Shown: positions 37,600 to 50,831, counted from the stretch's first letter. The stretch is DNA of 64,000 nt from Eledone cirrhosa (GCA_964016885.1 OZ024742.1:193936001-194000000), one strand, 5' to 3'. The notes: generated by a model not told the origin, from the letters alone. Numbers and translations are program-made.

Positions 37600-38593
37600 T
37601 CTGTATATATGTAAAATTAAGTATGTGTGTGTGTGTATGTGTGTCCGTGTATTACCTATAGTGCCCACATCTTACGACCGATAAAACTTAGCAGGCTCAT
37701 AGATTATTCACCGGGAAGTGTTTTCTATATATCAGCGTATCGTTTTTATTTTATTCCGGGGTCATTCTGCAGATAAATGGGGGGGAGGTCACCTTTTTTT
37801 AGGAATCGAAAAATAAGATTTTTGGCTCTAGCTCCCACATTTTGCCACCGATTTCGTTAAAATTTTAAAGCGAAATAGAATTTATCACATTGCACATCCT
37901 GGAATGGCTTTATATTTTCCATTTGGTGTACAGGGACGGCGTGACAGCCACTTAAATATTCAAAAATACCACTTTTAGATTCAAATTTCCGCATTTTCGG
38001 CTCTAGCTCCCACGTTAATCAACCTACTTAGTTCAAATTTTACACTACACTAGATCTGATTATTTCACGTCTTTTTTCACGTGGATTTTTTGTTCAGCAA
38101 CGGCGTGGCAGCCGCTTAAATATCCGATAATACCACCTTTTCGCTCAAATTTCCGCCTTATCGGCTCTATCTCCCACATTTTTCAACCGAATTCGTTCAA
38201 ATTCGAAACTTCGGCTCCACCTCACACATAAATCAACTTATTTAGTTCAACTTTTATACTACGATAGAACCTATCATTGCACATCAAAGGCAAAACGATG
38301 GCCACTGATGTCGTCTGAGCTTTTAGTTGTGAATTTGAGAATTCATCGGTTTCCAATCAAATAGCGTGAGGGAATTTCGCTTAGTGTTAGAGGTCATTAC
38401 CTCCCCCCCCCCCCAGCATGCCCCTTCGTCAGTCACTCGCGTTTCTCAGTGATAGAGTCCATCACCACCCTCCCCCGCATGGCCTGTGTGTGGCCATAGA
38501 TGAGTCATCGAGAAGCAGTCGCTAAGAACAACACCTTTTCATCAAAGCAGATATTATTTCACCTGCCCAGGCAACGCTGGGTACTGCTGCTAG
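37600..38593 (+). mobile_element. Non-autonomous Helitron
   Basis: A|TC 5' end and a 3' hairpin cccaggcaacgctggg followed by CTAG|T. No TSD. Internal subrepeats of about 170 bp (ggctctagctcccaca) at 37820-38290. Confidence 0.85.
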
Positions 38594-38816
38594 TTTTAAA
38601 TATTTATCTATGATTTATACACACATTCAATTATATTTGTGTATGTATTATATTGTATTATATTGGAATAGACAACGAAATGAGGTCTCATCTATTATAC
38701 TTAGACCCGTGCCATGCATTGGCAGAGCATGTTAACCACTACCAGTTTTTATTTCAAATATTTGTTTTACAGGCCATTAATAAACACAATCGTGTGAGTA
38801 CACATATATATATATA

Positions 38817-39535
38817 TATCATTATCTATAAAAAGCAGATTGTTGTTGTGTGTGTGTGTGTGCATGTACCATGTTTATACATTTGAATAATTTCAAACCG
38901 ATTCGACTCAACATCTGTAAGAATGTTTTAAATGGTGTAACGACTATTCATTTCTTTCAAACTCACCCACAATTACGGAAATAATCGATAAAATTAAATA
39001 CATGACGCTTTACACCTCTGATACAATCTGAATCCCTCTCTTAACTCCCCTTAAAATTCGATAGAACTACTTACATGCTCCAACTTTCTCTTATATACGC
39101 TTAAACTTACAAACTTCTTTTAGGGACGCCGAAGAAAGAAGAGAGAGAGAAGAGAGTGAGAGAGAGAGAGGGGGGAGAGAGGGAGAGAGAGAGAGAGAGA
39201 GAGAACGTTTGTTTTTGAGTCTGGAACGCTCAAACATTTATATACTTCAATGACAAAGAGAACTTATTACATTTCATACGAAACAACAATTATTCAAAAG
39301 CAACAGATAAATGTATTCAACAACAACAAAAATAGCGATAAGTCTCTTTTTTTTTCTTTTTTTTTTCAAACATCTCTCAACGAACGTGGAAGAATGAAGT
39401 ATGAGTTTTTTTACTATACACAATAAATTTCAACACTTCTTTCAACAGAGATAATATCCATAGGCAAAACTACAATTGTCACTGGTGGCGAAGCACCTGC
39501 TCCGGCAATCCAGGTCTGCAATTTATTCACCCAGT
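38817..39535 (+). mobile_element. Possible Helitron-like 5' portion abutting the broken 3' end of the Tx1 element
   Basis: TCattatctataaaaagcagattgttgttgtgtgtg resembles the other Helitron heads. No 3' CTAG hairpin is seen. Confidence 0.35.
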
Positions 39536-39536
39536 G

Positions 39537-42500
39537 CCTGATTTTCCTTTTCAAATGAAATTTGAAAAAGTTAATCAGGGCATCACCGAAGAGGTAAGTG
39601 CTCGTCTTCAACCCTTTCAAACGTGTCCACCATACTATCTATTTCGCCATGGCCACCAGATAGATAAACACTGCCTGCCCTTCCCGGCTAAAGGAAGAGG
39701 GCGGGGCAATCCTCACGATGGACTCAGCTGATAGCTGGATCCATCCTACACGTGACAGCAGGTGTTCGACATAAACCCACAAGTCAGCAATGCTCGGACA
39801 CTGGACGAGTGCGTGCAGGACGGTTTCGTCGCCCTGTGCGCATCTCGGACATGCCCGGTTGACGGCACCTCCATGCCTGTAGAGTTTATCCCGAACTGGC
39901 AAAGCACCCCGGTAGCACTGCCAGGCCAGGGATTTCTGGAAGTTGTCCATAGGCCCCGGCCCGAAAGTCCTTCCGAAGAGATTGGCTAGTTGATTTTCGT
40001 CGACGCCTAGAGTTTCTCCAAATACGTCGTCGCTCTTACCATCCACTAATCCCCTATATAACGCCAAGGTGGAGTTTCCACCGAACACATTGCCCGATTG
40101 GTCGAGGGCTGTGAGCGCCTGAAGACATTCCAGTCTCCAAGCGCTCCCTCTCGGTCTTCGCTTGACCCAGGACTGCAGCTCCGTCAAGGAGACGAGCTGG
40201 GGAAAAACGTGTCTAGCAAACGGCGACCACACCTGATCACCGTCGAGGAAGAGGTGGAGATGTCGTAGCCTGAGCGCGTGTCTGCGCATCATCAGCCACG
40301 GCATGCCCAGCCCTCCACGTAGCGGGTGTTGACAGCAGATGGACCGCCTGACCATCGGAGCGCGTCCCTTCCACAAGAAGCGAAAGAGCAAACGCTCCAG
40401 TGCAGTCAGGCCGGGCTTAGGACAAGGTACAGGCGGTAGTAGATGACGGACGCGATGTACGCATTCGCCACCTCCGCTCGACCTTTCAGGGATAGCTTCC
40501 TCTCGGCCCATTTCTGGGTGAGAGAAGCCACCCTGCTCGTCACCTCGTCCCAGTTTTTGTCCGTCTGGAGGTCTGGACCGAATCAGACACCTAGCAATTT
40601 AACCGGTCCGTCCGTCCAGCGCCCGACGACGCTGTTGGATGGCATGGACCTGCCTCTCCAGGTGCCGAGCTGCAGGCCCACTGACTTTTCCTGGTTGATC
40701 ATTGCTCCTGTCACCGCTTCGTATTCTATTAGTGTAGTGTCGATCGCCTCGATGTGTTTGGCGTTCCACACCACTACGGTGACATCGTCGGCATATGCTG
40801 ACACGGATCTTCTGCATCCTAGTTCACGCGGGACCCCCCTCAACGTCTCCAGTCTGTGCAGTAATGGCTCGAGAGTCAATACGACCAATAGGGACGAGAG
40901 GGGACATCCTTGGCGGACCGAGCGCATGATGTAGAACGGTTCCGAAAGGTCACCATTCACTCTCACTACAGAGCAGATGTCGCTGTGCATGGCAGCGATC
41001 CAGCCTCTGAAGACGGGCCCAAAGCCAGCCGCCCTCAGGACTGCCGCTAGGTAACGATGGTCGACCCTATCGAAGACTTTCGACTGATCTAAATTAATCA
41101 AAGACCCACCCTTGCCAGGTTCCCTAGCTACCCTCTCTACGATGTATCGCATGAGGTGGAGGTTGTCGTGGATGGATCTGTCGGGAATGGCGCTTGTCTG
41201 TGCCTCTCCCACCAGACCAGCAACGACAAGCGCCAACCTCTTTGCTAGCACCTTGGCCAAAATCTTGAACTCTGTGTTTAGCAGAGTTATGGGCCTAAAA
41301 TGATCTATGTTATCCACCTTGTTCGGATCCTTTCTAAGCAGCGCCACCGCTCCTCGGCTCACAGAGCTGGGAATTCTCCCGTTCTGTTGCCAGTTGCAGT
41401 AGACGTCCGCCAAGAGGCCTTCGAACAAGTCTGGCATTTGTACGTAAAGTTCATAGGGCAGACCATCCAAACCAGGCGATTTACCCCTTGTGCAGCCAGT
41501 CATTGCATCCCGTACTTCAGCGGTTGTTATCGGCTTTTCGCAACACTCCGCCTCAGTGGCCGAAAGCCCCGGCAGTCCGTCGAGTTAGACACTAAAGTCC
41601 ATCCCTCGATCTGGCCCGCAACTGCCCCCGAACAGTTGAGCGAAGTGTCGCTGAAAAGCTTCACACATTTGCCCGGGATCGAGTAGCATGCGCCCGTCGT
41701 GGTCCACAAAAGACCGCATCGTGGCTTTATTGCCCCGACGCGCCTCCGCCACTCGGGCCCATTGAACGGCTTTCGTCCCCTCGTCTCTGAGAGCACGCAC
41801 CCTAGCTCTGACAACGCAGCCTTCGTGCTTTGCATTGAAGAATTGGTCAAGGGCCAATTGCACCGCAAGTACGTCGGTCGCGATGTCTTTGCTAAGCACC
41901 TCGTCTAATTTTCTAACCAATTCTCCCTCTGCTCTATTTTTCTCTATTACTAAAGTCTTACTAAACCTAATGGCCTCTATTCTAATTGCTCTTTTCAGAG
42001 CAAACCGCCACTTGTTGTTGACGATGGCCCCCGTCAACGCCCGCTTAACTAGTTCGCTAATCCGGTCTCTGTAGGCCTTGCGCGCTGGTAAGGACGCGTT
42101 TAGCTTCCAGTAGCCGGGTCCTCGTCTATGAAGCCTATCTAAGTCAAGCACACAGATCACGAATTTGTGGTCCGTGTAGCTGACTATCTTGAATTGTGGA
42201 CAGCCTATGCTAGACCTATCTATTTCCCTACAAAATACTCTATCTAGATATGATTGGATGACCCTATGCGATTTGTCCAATTCCACATTGGTACGTTCGG
42301 GAAATCCATTCGGTACCTGTCAGACAGTTCAAAACGCCTGAGCAGGTTGGTGAGACTCTTGCACCCTCCTTCCCTATCCACTAATCCCACACAATCCCAG
42401 CGTGCATCTAAGATCCCGTTCCAGTCGCCCACTAACACTAAAGAGCGGGACGTTCCAAGAAAGGTCTCCAGACGCCGGAAGAAATCAGGCCGCCCTGCTC

Positions 42501-42845
42501 CTGTCGGGGCATAGACGGCCACTAACCTGAAAGCTTGCCCGTCTCCGCTGGTCACGTCCAGCACCACCAACTTACCTTCTAGGTCCAGGAAGATGGCCCG
42601 TATGGCAAGATCCAAACCTCTCCGAAAAAGCACAGCAACTCCACCCCCTATCCCGGACAGCTGGGAGATGCGTACACATCGTAACCGCCGAAGATCGGTT
42701 TGAAAGCCCGTGCTTCGGAGATTCTGGTCTCGCTGATGGCCACTACATCTATGTTTAGTGACCTGAGGTCGTTGAGCAGGTGGCCCTGCTTCCATGACGA
42801 CCCCAAACCACGCGCATTTATGCTGCCTATTCTGAGTGAGGTCAT
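39537..42845 (-). pseudogene. ORF2: apurinic endonuclease, reverse transcriptase and C-terminal Cys motif
   Basis: Motifs SINARGL, AISET, AVYAP, VGDWN, YLDRVF, TDHK, GPGYWKLN, KSPGLDGLP, RPITLLNTEFKILAK, LDQSKVFDRV, VRQGCPLS, AYADD, CPRC..ETVLHALVQC. Frameshifted. Confidence 0.93.
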
Positions 42846-42889
42846 GTTGAAAAGGAGTGGAAAAGATGGGAAAGACCACTTACCTTACT

Positions 42890-44396
42890 TCTCGTAGGGG
42901 AAGGACGGTTTTTCCATCCTTTTCACTGCTTGTGGCCTCCTCCGGAAGGATGTCCTTATAAATCCTCCTGGAGAGTGCTTGTCGGAAGTCTCCGATGTCT
43001 TTCGGGAATGTTTGTTTTAGTGTCATGTACGTTTTCTGTGTGATGCGATTGATTTGTATGTGTGGAGGTGGTGTGAATTTGTGGGTGGTTTGTGTAGTCT
43101 TTTTCTGTGATGCTGGTGTTGTGTTGGATGTAGTGTAATAATTGCTTGTTTTTCAAATTTAATGCTGTGTAGTGTGTATCGTTTTGGTTGTTTTGTTTTG
43201 TTTGCGTTTGTTGTGTGTTTGTTTCTGTTTCGCATTTTGGTGACTTTTGTGGTGTAGGTGATGGTGGTGTTGGGGTTAATGATGGTGATGGTGTTGGTGT
43301 TTGGGTTGATGGGGTTGGTGATGCTGGTGTGGATGGTGGCATATCTGTCCTAACTTTTTTGTTTGTTAATTTATTTGTTTCCCTCTGTATTTTGTTTTTG
43401 GAGGGGGAAGAAAGAGAATTTTTTCTTTTTTGGTTTCTTTTTTTTTTCTGATACCGTTTCCCACTCCTCGTCGTCACAATCTGTCTCCAGTTGTGATAGG
43501 CCGGGGAGTGGAAAATCCTTCACAGGCGTTAGTTTTTGGTTGTGGCGTGGTGGATGGTGTAGGCGCTTCTGCTAGTTCTGAAGCGTTGGGTGGTGGTGGT
43601 GTTGGTTTTGCTACAGTTGCTGGGGTTGTTGCTGTTATAGTTGCTTCTGTTGTTGCTGCTACAGTTGTTGCTGCCATCTCTGCTACTGGTGGTGTTGATG
43701 GTTGTGTCACCGGGGTGGGTAGGAGAGGTGGCCTCAACCTTTTAGCCTGAGGGCAGAAAGCCCTTAGGTGGGTTCCTTCACCACAAACGACACACCTAGG
43801 CCTTCTTCCCTCGACAATTACGGTGAGGTGGCTGCCGTTAGTGAGGTCTATTACCTCTGGGATCTCCTCAATGCTTTTTTGGTCCGCTTGGATCAGGAGC
43901 TCCATCCCAGATCCGGACCAGTTCTCCTGCTTTTCTTTTGCTATTGCTATTATTTTTGTGTTGGCTTCAATGCCGGCGAGGACGGCCGCTATTAGCCATG
44001 GAATTTCGATGGCCGGTGGAACGTGGGTCACCCTGATCTTTATGAGTCACTTCTTAGTGGGGCCATGGAGTGTTCTCTAGCCTCCTCTGGTGTTTCAAAG
44101 AACACGTCCACGATTCCATACTTCTGCCCACGTCTGATGTGTGTTTTTCTTGCCCACACATGTCCAAAAGCTTTTTGGATTTGGGACTCGGATGCCCGTT
44201 CCACTCGGCGCGATTTTACATTTATTGTTCGATACGACACAGTGCATAGGCGCCGATGCTCCATTTTATTAGGTGTGGGGGGGGGGCTGACCCTGTACCC
44301 ATCTTTCTTTAACATTTGTTTGGCATTTTCTAAATCCTCCTGATTTACCGTAAATGATTCGAACTGTTTTGCTACTCTGGCAAAACTCAGGGTCAT
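42890..44396 (-). pseudogene. ORF1: gag-like nucleic-acid-binding protein with CCHC knuckle
   Basis: MTLSFARVAK start, VIVEGRRPRCVVCGEGTHLRAFCP (CX2CX4HX4C), and a Pro/Thr-rich tail. Frameshifted. Confidence 0.85.
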
Positions 44397-44444
44397 TTTT
44401 TTTATGTCATTGTTGTTGTTGTTGCTATCGTTATTTTTGCAGTA

Positions 44445-44620
44445 TCCGTAGAGGGTCAGACACCATGCTTTCCAGCAAAGTTACGTCCCTTTACGATCTG
44501 AGTTCAAATCCGGCTGAGGTTGACTTTGCCTTTCATCCTTACGGGGTCGATAAAATAAAGTACCAGTAATGCACTGGGTAATTTCTGGCATTGTGCCTAA
44601 AGTAGAAACAATTATTAATT
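44445..44620 (+). mobile_element. SINE (family of 7125-7290)
   Basis: gagttcaaatccggctgaggttgactttgcctttcatccttacggggtcgataaaataaagtaccag..gtagaaacaattatt. Confidence 0.85.
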
Positions 44621-45174
44621 TTAGTTTCAGTTGTGGTGGTGGTGACGTCAGTCGTCTTTGGTGGGGAAGAGTCCATTTTGCTTGATTTCATTTCGACATC
44701 ACGAGTTCTTCTTTTGTTTCTATTGTCGCGGTGGTGGTGGGGATGGTGGTTGTCGCGGTGGTGGTGGTGGTGGAGGCTTTAACACCTGCAGTCATTGGTA
44801 ATGGCGGAAAATGAATGTCTGCCTGAGAAAAATTTTAAATATTGCTACTGCTTATATTTTTTTAGTGTTGGCAAACGTAGTAACATTTACAATGGTGGTG
44901 TCGGTGTGAGGTGTTAATTTGTGAGAAAGGCTTTCAGCTGCTTGGTGCAGTGGTGAATTAGCCATTTTTTTTCAAAGAAATTTTTTGATAATCATAAAAG
45001 TTTAAATTTTGGGCACAAGGCCCCAATCTTTTTGGGTGTCCTTTTAGGAAAACAATGTATGTGCGCTTATATATAGTTAACAATAAACATTTTCCATAAA
45101 TGGCAATTTTTAACAAACGGAAATAACAAACCTTTGCGGAGCTCACGATGATACGATTTACTACGTAGGTCGCC

Positions 45175-45234
<60 letters not shown>
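45175..45234. repeat. (AAT)n microsatellite
   Basis: About 20 perfect units. Confidence 0.95.
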
Positions 45235-45235
<1 letters not shown>

Positions 45236-45482
45236 GGGAGAGGATTGCAAAAGATTTAAATAGATTGACTTAGTGACCTGGCCACCGGCCAAACGTCAAC
45301 ATCAACAACTATGGCACTGCTGGCTCACCTCTTCCTCAACAACAATATAAAAAGCCCCAGCACCCCCACCGACATAGCCAACAACAATAAAAGGTAACTT
45401 CAGCAAAAAGTAAATTATATTATTGTAATGCACTGGGTGATTGCTGGCCTTGTGCCTGGAGTGGAGACAATTATTAATAATT

Positions 45483-48400
45483 TCATTCTTAAGCCACGCA
45501 ATGCTCACATTAAGGAACCATTCATGATAATAACAATTTAAATAGACAACAAAAAGAAAACCCCGTGACCAAGAAATACCGGGATGGCGGCCGTCGGGGA
45601 ATAGCCGTGTTTCTAGGGGAGAACGACCCCTCTAGTCTTGGTTGACACTCGTTCTAGAAGTGGTAACACGAAATGATTACCCCTTGGCGGATAAGGATAA
45701 AACGCGACAAAATAAAGTAAATGTCTAATGATAAAATCTCATACCGGATCGGCCATCACCCGTTTAAAAAAGGGCCGCGTCCCTCAGAGAGGAACCAGAC
45801 TGGGGTCGAAAGATCAGAGCTGGAGACCTCCCATAACCGGAATACTCCTACTGTTGGCCCTCCATGCTCACCACCAAGAAATCCAAAGAAAAAGAGAGAA
45901 AATGGTCAAGGAAAGATAATAAAGAAGTCCTTGAGGCGTTCTACACTGCCATGTACTACCCATCAAATACATCGAATACAGAACAGACATATATCAACTG
46001 GAAAGAGAAACATCCCGAAAACAGAGGCTATATTGACAGTAACAAACTAGCCAATATACGAAGAAATATTGTAAGAAAAAAGTTACTAACTGATATAGAA
46101 ATTGATCAGATCAAACTATTAGCACAAAGTCAGCGAAGGGAAAATGAAACATGTGTCAGTGAAAACGAGGTAAATTGTAACACTTCGAATCCCAGGGTTG
46201 GGGCGGAATCACTGGAAACAGAACAAATTAAAGAAAGGATCGAAAAAGTGGAGGGAGTGCATGCTCAAGATGAAACTCCAAATGAAAATAATGAGATCGT
46301 AAATGATAAAGAAATGAATGAGAATGAACTTGCCAACTTGAAGGATGAAATTATGATCGAATGGATGGAAATGAAAGAATCTGACATGGGGAAACGAGAC
46401 ACCCTCCCTAAGATCCAGAACTCCAAACAGAACCAAAAGATAATACACAAGACTAACATAATTCTCAAAAACATTATCATCACAAACAAACTAAACATTA
46501 CTGATTTAAATCATCGCTATTATGCATCGGCTAAAGTCACCACTCACCTATGTGGAGTGAAGATGAAAAAACAAAGGAATTCCCACAAGAAATCTACTTG
46601 GCAAGAGAACATCAATCGCCAAATAAACCTTCTCCGATCTGACATAGAAATTTTAACAAACTATAAAGTAGGTGAACATGTTAAACAAACGAAACTTAGA
46701 AAATTGAAAAAAAAGTACGGTATAAAATCAACAAGTGACATAGACATGCTGATAGAAATAATCAAACAAAAAGTGTCGGCCAAAGCTGCTCGTATAAGGC
46801 GCTTTGAAAAACGATCTAGATTCTATAAGGACAATAATATGTTCAAAAACAACACTAGAAACTTCTACAGAAAAATTGGTAAGTCAACAATAACTGCTAA
46901 ATCAATACCACCCAAGGAGGAAGTGCAAGAATTCTGGGAAAAGATCTGGGCCGAAGAAAAAGTTCATAATATACATGCCCTATGGATAGACAGACAAATG
47001 AAAGATACAGCTCACCTTGAAGAACAAATATGGGAAAATATAACAGTTGAACAGTTGCGTTTGGCTCTAAGAAAAAACACCAAATGGAAATCCCCAGGAA
47101 AAGACAAAATACAAATTTTTTGGATAAATGCCTTCACAGAGTCTCATGAGCTATTAGCCCAACTTTACAATGAAATAGTTAAGGAGCCAGAAAAGATACC
47201 GTCATGGCTAGTTAACGGCATTACATTCCTGCTTCCGAAGAATGATGAGACAAACAATCCCAAAAATTACAGACCGATAACTTGCTTGACCACAATATAT
47301 AAAATTTTAACATCAGTCCTAACTGAATATACATATGACCACCTGATAACAAATGACCTATTTCCCATTGAGCAGAAAGGGTGTAAAGGAGGCTCATATG
47401 GCTGTAAGGATCAGCTTTTGGTTAACAAAATGATACTGGAAGATTGTCATAATAGACACAAAAATCTATGAATTGCTTGGATAGATTATAAAAAAGCATT
47501 CGATAGTTTGCCACAGAGTTGGATTGAAAAATGTTTAGAGATTTTCAAAATATCTCCCGTTGTGAGGAGGTTTTTGTCATTCAGTATGAAGACATAGAAA
47601 ACAACACTCCCTTAGAATAGTGAAACAAAATCACTGGAAGCTGGAGAAGTTAATATTAATTGTGGAATTTTTCAGGGTGACTCTTTATCACAGCTTTTAT
47701 TCTGCACCGCACTTATACTATTAAGTAAAATGCTCAATGAAACAAAACATGGATATAAAGTCTATGACAAAACCATTAAACACTTGTTCTACATGGATGA
47801 CCTGAAACTATTTGAAATAAATGATGAACAATTGCAAGGGCTATTACCCACTGTGGAGCAGACCAGTGATGACATTAAAATGGAGTTTGGACTAGATAAA
47901 TGCGCCAAAGCAACGTTCACCAGAGGAAAGCTGCTGAGAGGTTCAGACATTAATCATGATCGGGGGAATGTGATAAGAGAACTTGATCAAGAGGAAACTT
48001 ACACATATCTAGGTGGTTGTGAAGGAGACGTAATCAAGCACTCGGCAATGAGGGCAAGAATAAGGAAGGAATGTTACCGCAGAGTAAGAGCAATCTTAAG
48101 AACGGAATTGAATGCAAGGAATAGGATCGATGCCATAAACACGCTTGCCATACCAGTAGTAACCTACAGTTACAATGTCATCAACTGGTCAAGCACAGAG
48201 ATCCGTAGGCTCGATACAAAAATTCGAAAATTATTAACCATGCACAGAATGCATCACCCTAAGGCAGATATAGATAGAATATATCTCCCTAGGAAAGAAG
48301 GAGGACGTGGGTTAATCCAGTTAGACATTGCGTTGAAAACTGCAACAATTGGATTATCTACATATATAAGGGAATCACATGATTGGATGATCAAACTCTT

Positions 48401-49470
48401 TTTGAAACACGAAAGCATCAAAAGATCATACTCCACTACAAAAGATGCACAAAGATACAGTAATGGACTACAAATTTCAGAAGTCCCATTTACTGCTGAA
48501 ATGGAAAACACAGAAAAAGCAAAGCAGGTAAAAGTAACTGCAAAGAAAGAACTGCTACAGAAACTGGCTAAGAAATGGCAAGAAAAGCCTCTGTATGGAA
48601 AATACCCAGAGGGAGCTAACAATCCTGATGTTGACAAAACTTTAACCAATCAGTGGTTGGCATCCCCTGGACTGAAATCGGAGACTGAAGGACTGATTAT
48701 ATCAGCACAAGATCAGTGTCTGCCTACAAAAAATTACCAAGCCAACATAATAAAAAATGGATGCAGCCCATTATGCCGTGTATGCAATAAACAACCAGAG
48801 ACCATTGACCATATAATTTCGATGTGCAGTCCTATAGCTCCAACTGAATACCCAAACAGGCATGACAGAGCTGCACAATACATACATTGGATAATGTGTA
48901 AGCATTTTGAGATGCCCCATCAAAAGAATTGGTGGGAGCATCAACCACCTCCCATACTTGAAAAAGATCACATCTCAATCTTGTGGAACTTTAGCATCCA
49001 AACAGACCGAAAAATAGATGCAAATAGACGTGATATAAAACTGAAGGACTTTAAATAGAGGTTATGCCTGCTAATTGATATGTCCGTTCCAATAGACAAG
49101 AATATATCTATAAAAACATTTGAAAAATTGAGCAAGTATATGGACCTGGAGATAGAAATTGGAAAAATGTTGAAATTGAGAACTAAAACAATACCAGTGG
49201 TTGTAGGCGCTCTAGGAATGATACCTAAGGGGTCTAATGATTATTTATCGCAAATCCCATGAAACCCGCGTATAGGAGAAATACAAAAGATAGTACTAAT
49301 GCCCATATACTAAGGAAGATTCTGTCAATATAAGTATATAAGTACATCACAAGTCCAAACACCTAAATATGCATGTGTGTGTATGTATGTTCTTTCTTGA
49401 ACATGGCGGACCTTGTTGGTTGCGACTTGCTGATAACTCGTATGAACATGAACCAATATAAATGCAAATA
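45483..49470 (+). mobile_element. R4/Dong-clade non-LTR retrotransposon (RT plus restriction-like endonuclease), near full length
   Basis: A single long coding region. The 3' end runs into (TAA)n at 49471-49510. The 5' boundary is approximate (it follows a SINE tail). Confidence 0.9.
45721..49330 (+). pseudogene. R4/Dong ORF (RT, CCHC, RLE) interrupted by in-frame stops
   Basis: Motifs WKSPGKD, NYRPITCL, EQKGC, GCKDQLL, AWIDYKKAFDS, GIFQGDSLS, HLFYMDDLKL, MEFGLDKCA, RIYLPRKEGGRGL, CRVC..ETIDHIISMC, RHD, IDMSVP, EKLSKY, PVVVGALG. Confidence 0.93.
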
Positions 49471-49510
49471 TAATAATAATAATAATAATAATTATAATAA
49501 TAATAATAAT

Positions 49511-50230
49511 GCTTTCTTTATTAACCACAAGGGTTTACATAAAGTAGACATTAAGGACAGTACATGACAATACAGGACGGTACAAATGAGCATTTCTGCG
49601 TGTAAAAAACAAGAAACAGAGGACGTAATAATAGAACAATGAAAACATTCCCAAATAGGGGGGAGACTTCCGAGGGACATTCGTGAAGATAGCCCATTAA
49701 AAAGCCACAGTGACCCTGACCACCAGGGCAAGTGCCCTCTCCCAGTTTTCCATCTTTAATTTACAGACACATACTCAGAGTATTCACTCGGGCCATTCTT
49801 GCCTCTCTCACCCATGTTTCAACAAAATGGTGGGAAGAGAGCACTTCCCTTTCTACCCTGATTTTCCTTTTCAAATGAAATTTGAAAAAGTTAATCAGGG
49901 CATCACCGAAGAGGTAAGTGCTCGTCTTCAGCCCTTTCAGACGTGTCCACCGTACTATCTCTTTCGCCATGGCCACCAGACAGATAAAAACTGCTTGCCC
50001 TTCCCGAAGAGGGCGGGGCAATCCTCACGATGGACTCAGCTGATAGCCGGATCAGTCCTACACGCGACAGCAGGTGTTCGACATAAACCCACAAGTCAGC
50101 AATGCTCGGACACTGGACGAGTACGTGCAGCACGGTTTCGTCGCCTTGCGCGCATCTTGGACATGCCCAGCTGACGGCACCTCCATGCCTGTAGAGTTTA
50201 TCCCGAACTAGAAAACCTCGGTAGCACTGC
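49511..50230 (-). mobile_element. 5'-truncated Tx1 copy with intact 3' UTR
   Basis: 49858-50230 is nearly identical to 39537-39922. It continues to the ORF2 stop, AATAAA and an (ATT)n tail, with (TAA)-like sequence on both flanks. Confidence 0.9.
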
Positions 50231-50297
50231 TACTAATAATATTATTAATAATAATAATAATAATAGTAATCAATGGAATATATAACACTATAGCATC

Positions 50298-50345
50298 ATT
50301 ATTTCAGGAATGCTAAATCATAGCATGCCTTCGTCAGACAAAATA
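50298..50345 (-). ncRNA. Partial hammerhead (core plus stem II) in a pLTR remnant
   Basis: attttgt-CTGACGA-AGGCATGCTA tgatt TAGCATTCCT-GAAA. The 3' side of stems III and I is not recognisable. Confidence 0.55.
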
Positions 50346-50582
50346 CAATATTAGATGTATAAAATGTTATATGACATACTGGTAAGAGAGACCGAATGCG
50401 ATTAATTCTGAACGGATAAATCTCTAAATTTTGTAGGTTGTAAAGTCATTGGGAAATATAAAAATAAACTAATAATTACCATAATAAGGCTAGTTAATTC
50501 AAACGATTCGTATGTTTTTTTTAAAAATATTGTAATAGATTGGTCAGAATAAACCGTTAAATGCTTATATATTATTACTAAG

Positions 50583-50649
<67 letters not shown>

Positions 50650-50715
50650 ATCTACCTATATACATATATATATAAGCATATGTATATGTGTGTGTATGTA
50701 TATATATATCTATAT

Positions 50716-50828
50716 CTAAGGCGTGTAAAATTCACGAGATCCATGGACGAGTTCTCTCCAGCGGTCTCTGTCCCTCATTATCGCTGCCATGTCCTGCGTC
50801 TCCAACAGACCAGTGTCTGTCCTTAGGG
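50716..50828 (-). mobile_element. RTE-like LINE extreme 3' fragment
   Basis: The minus strand translates [27 protein letters not shown]..stop. Confidence 0.6.
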
Positions 50829-50831
50829 CAT

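Larger units (their letters stand above)
39537..44440 (-). mobile_element. Tx1/L1-clade non-LTR retrotransposon, two ORFs, decayed, native 3' end missing
   Basis: GC-rich block containing ORF1 (zinc knuckle) and ORF2 (APE-RT-Cys finger). Confidence 0.92.

Noticed and set aside
37820-38290. Spaced direct repeats resembling a CRISPR array
   Set aside because: Units of about 170 bp with homologous spacers inside a eukaryotic Helitron, and no cas genes.
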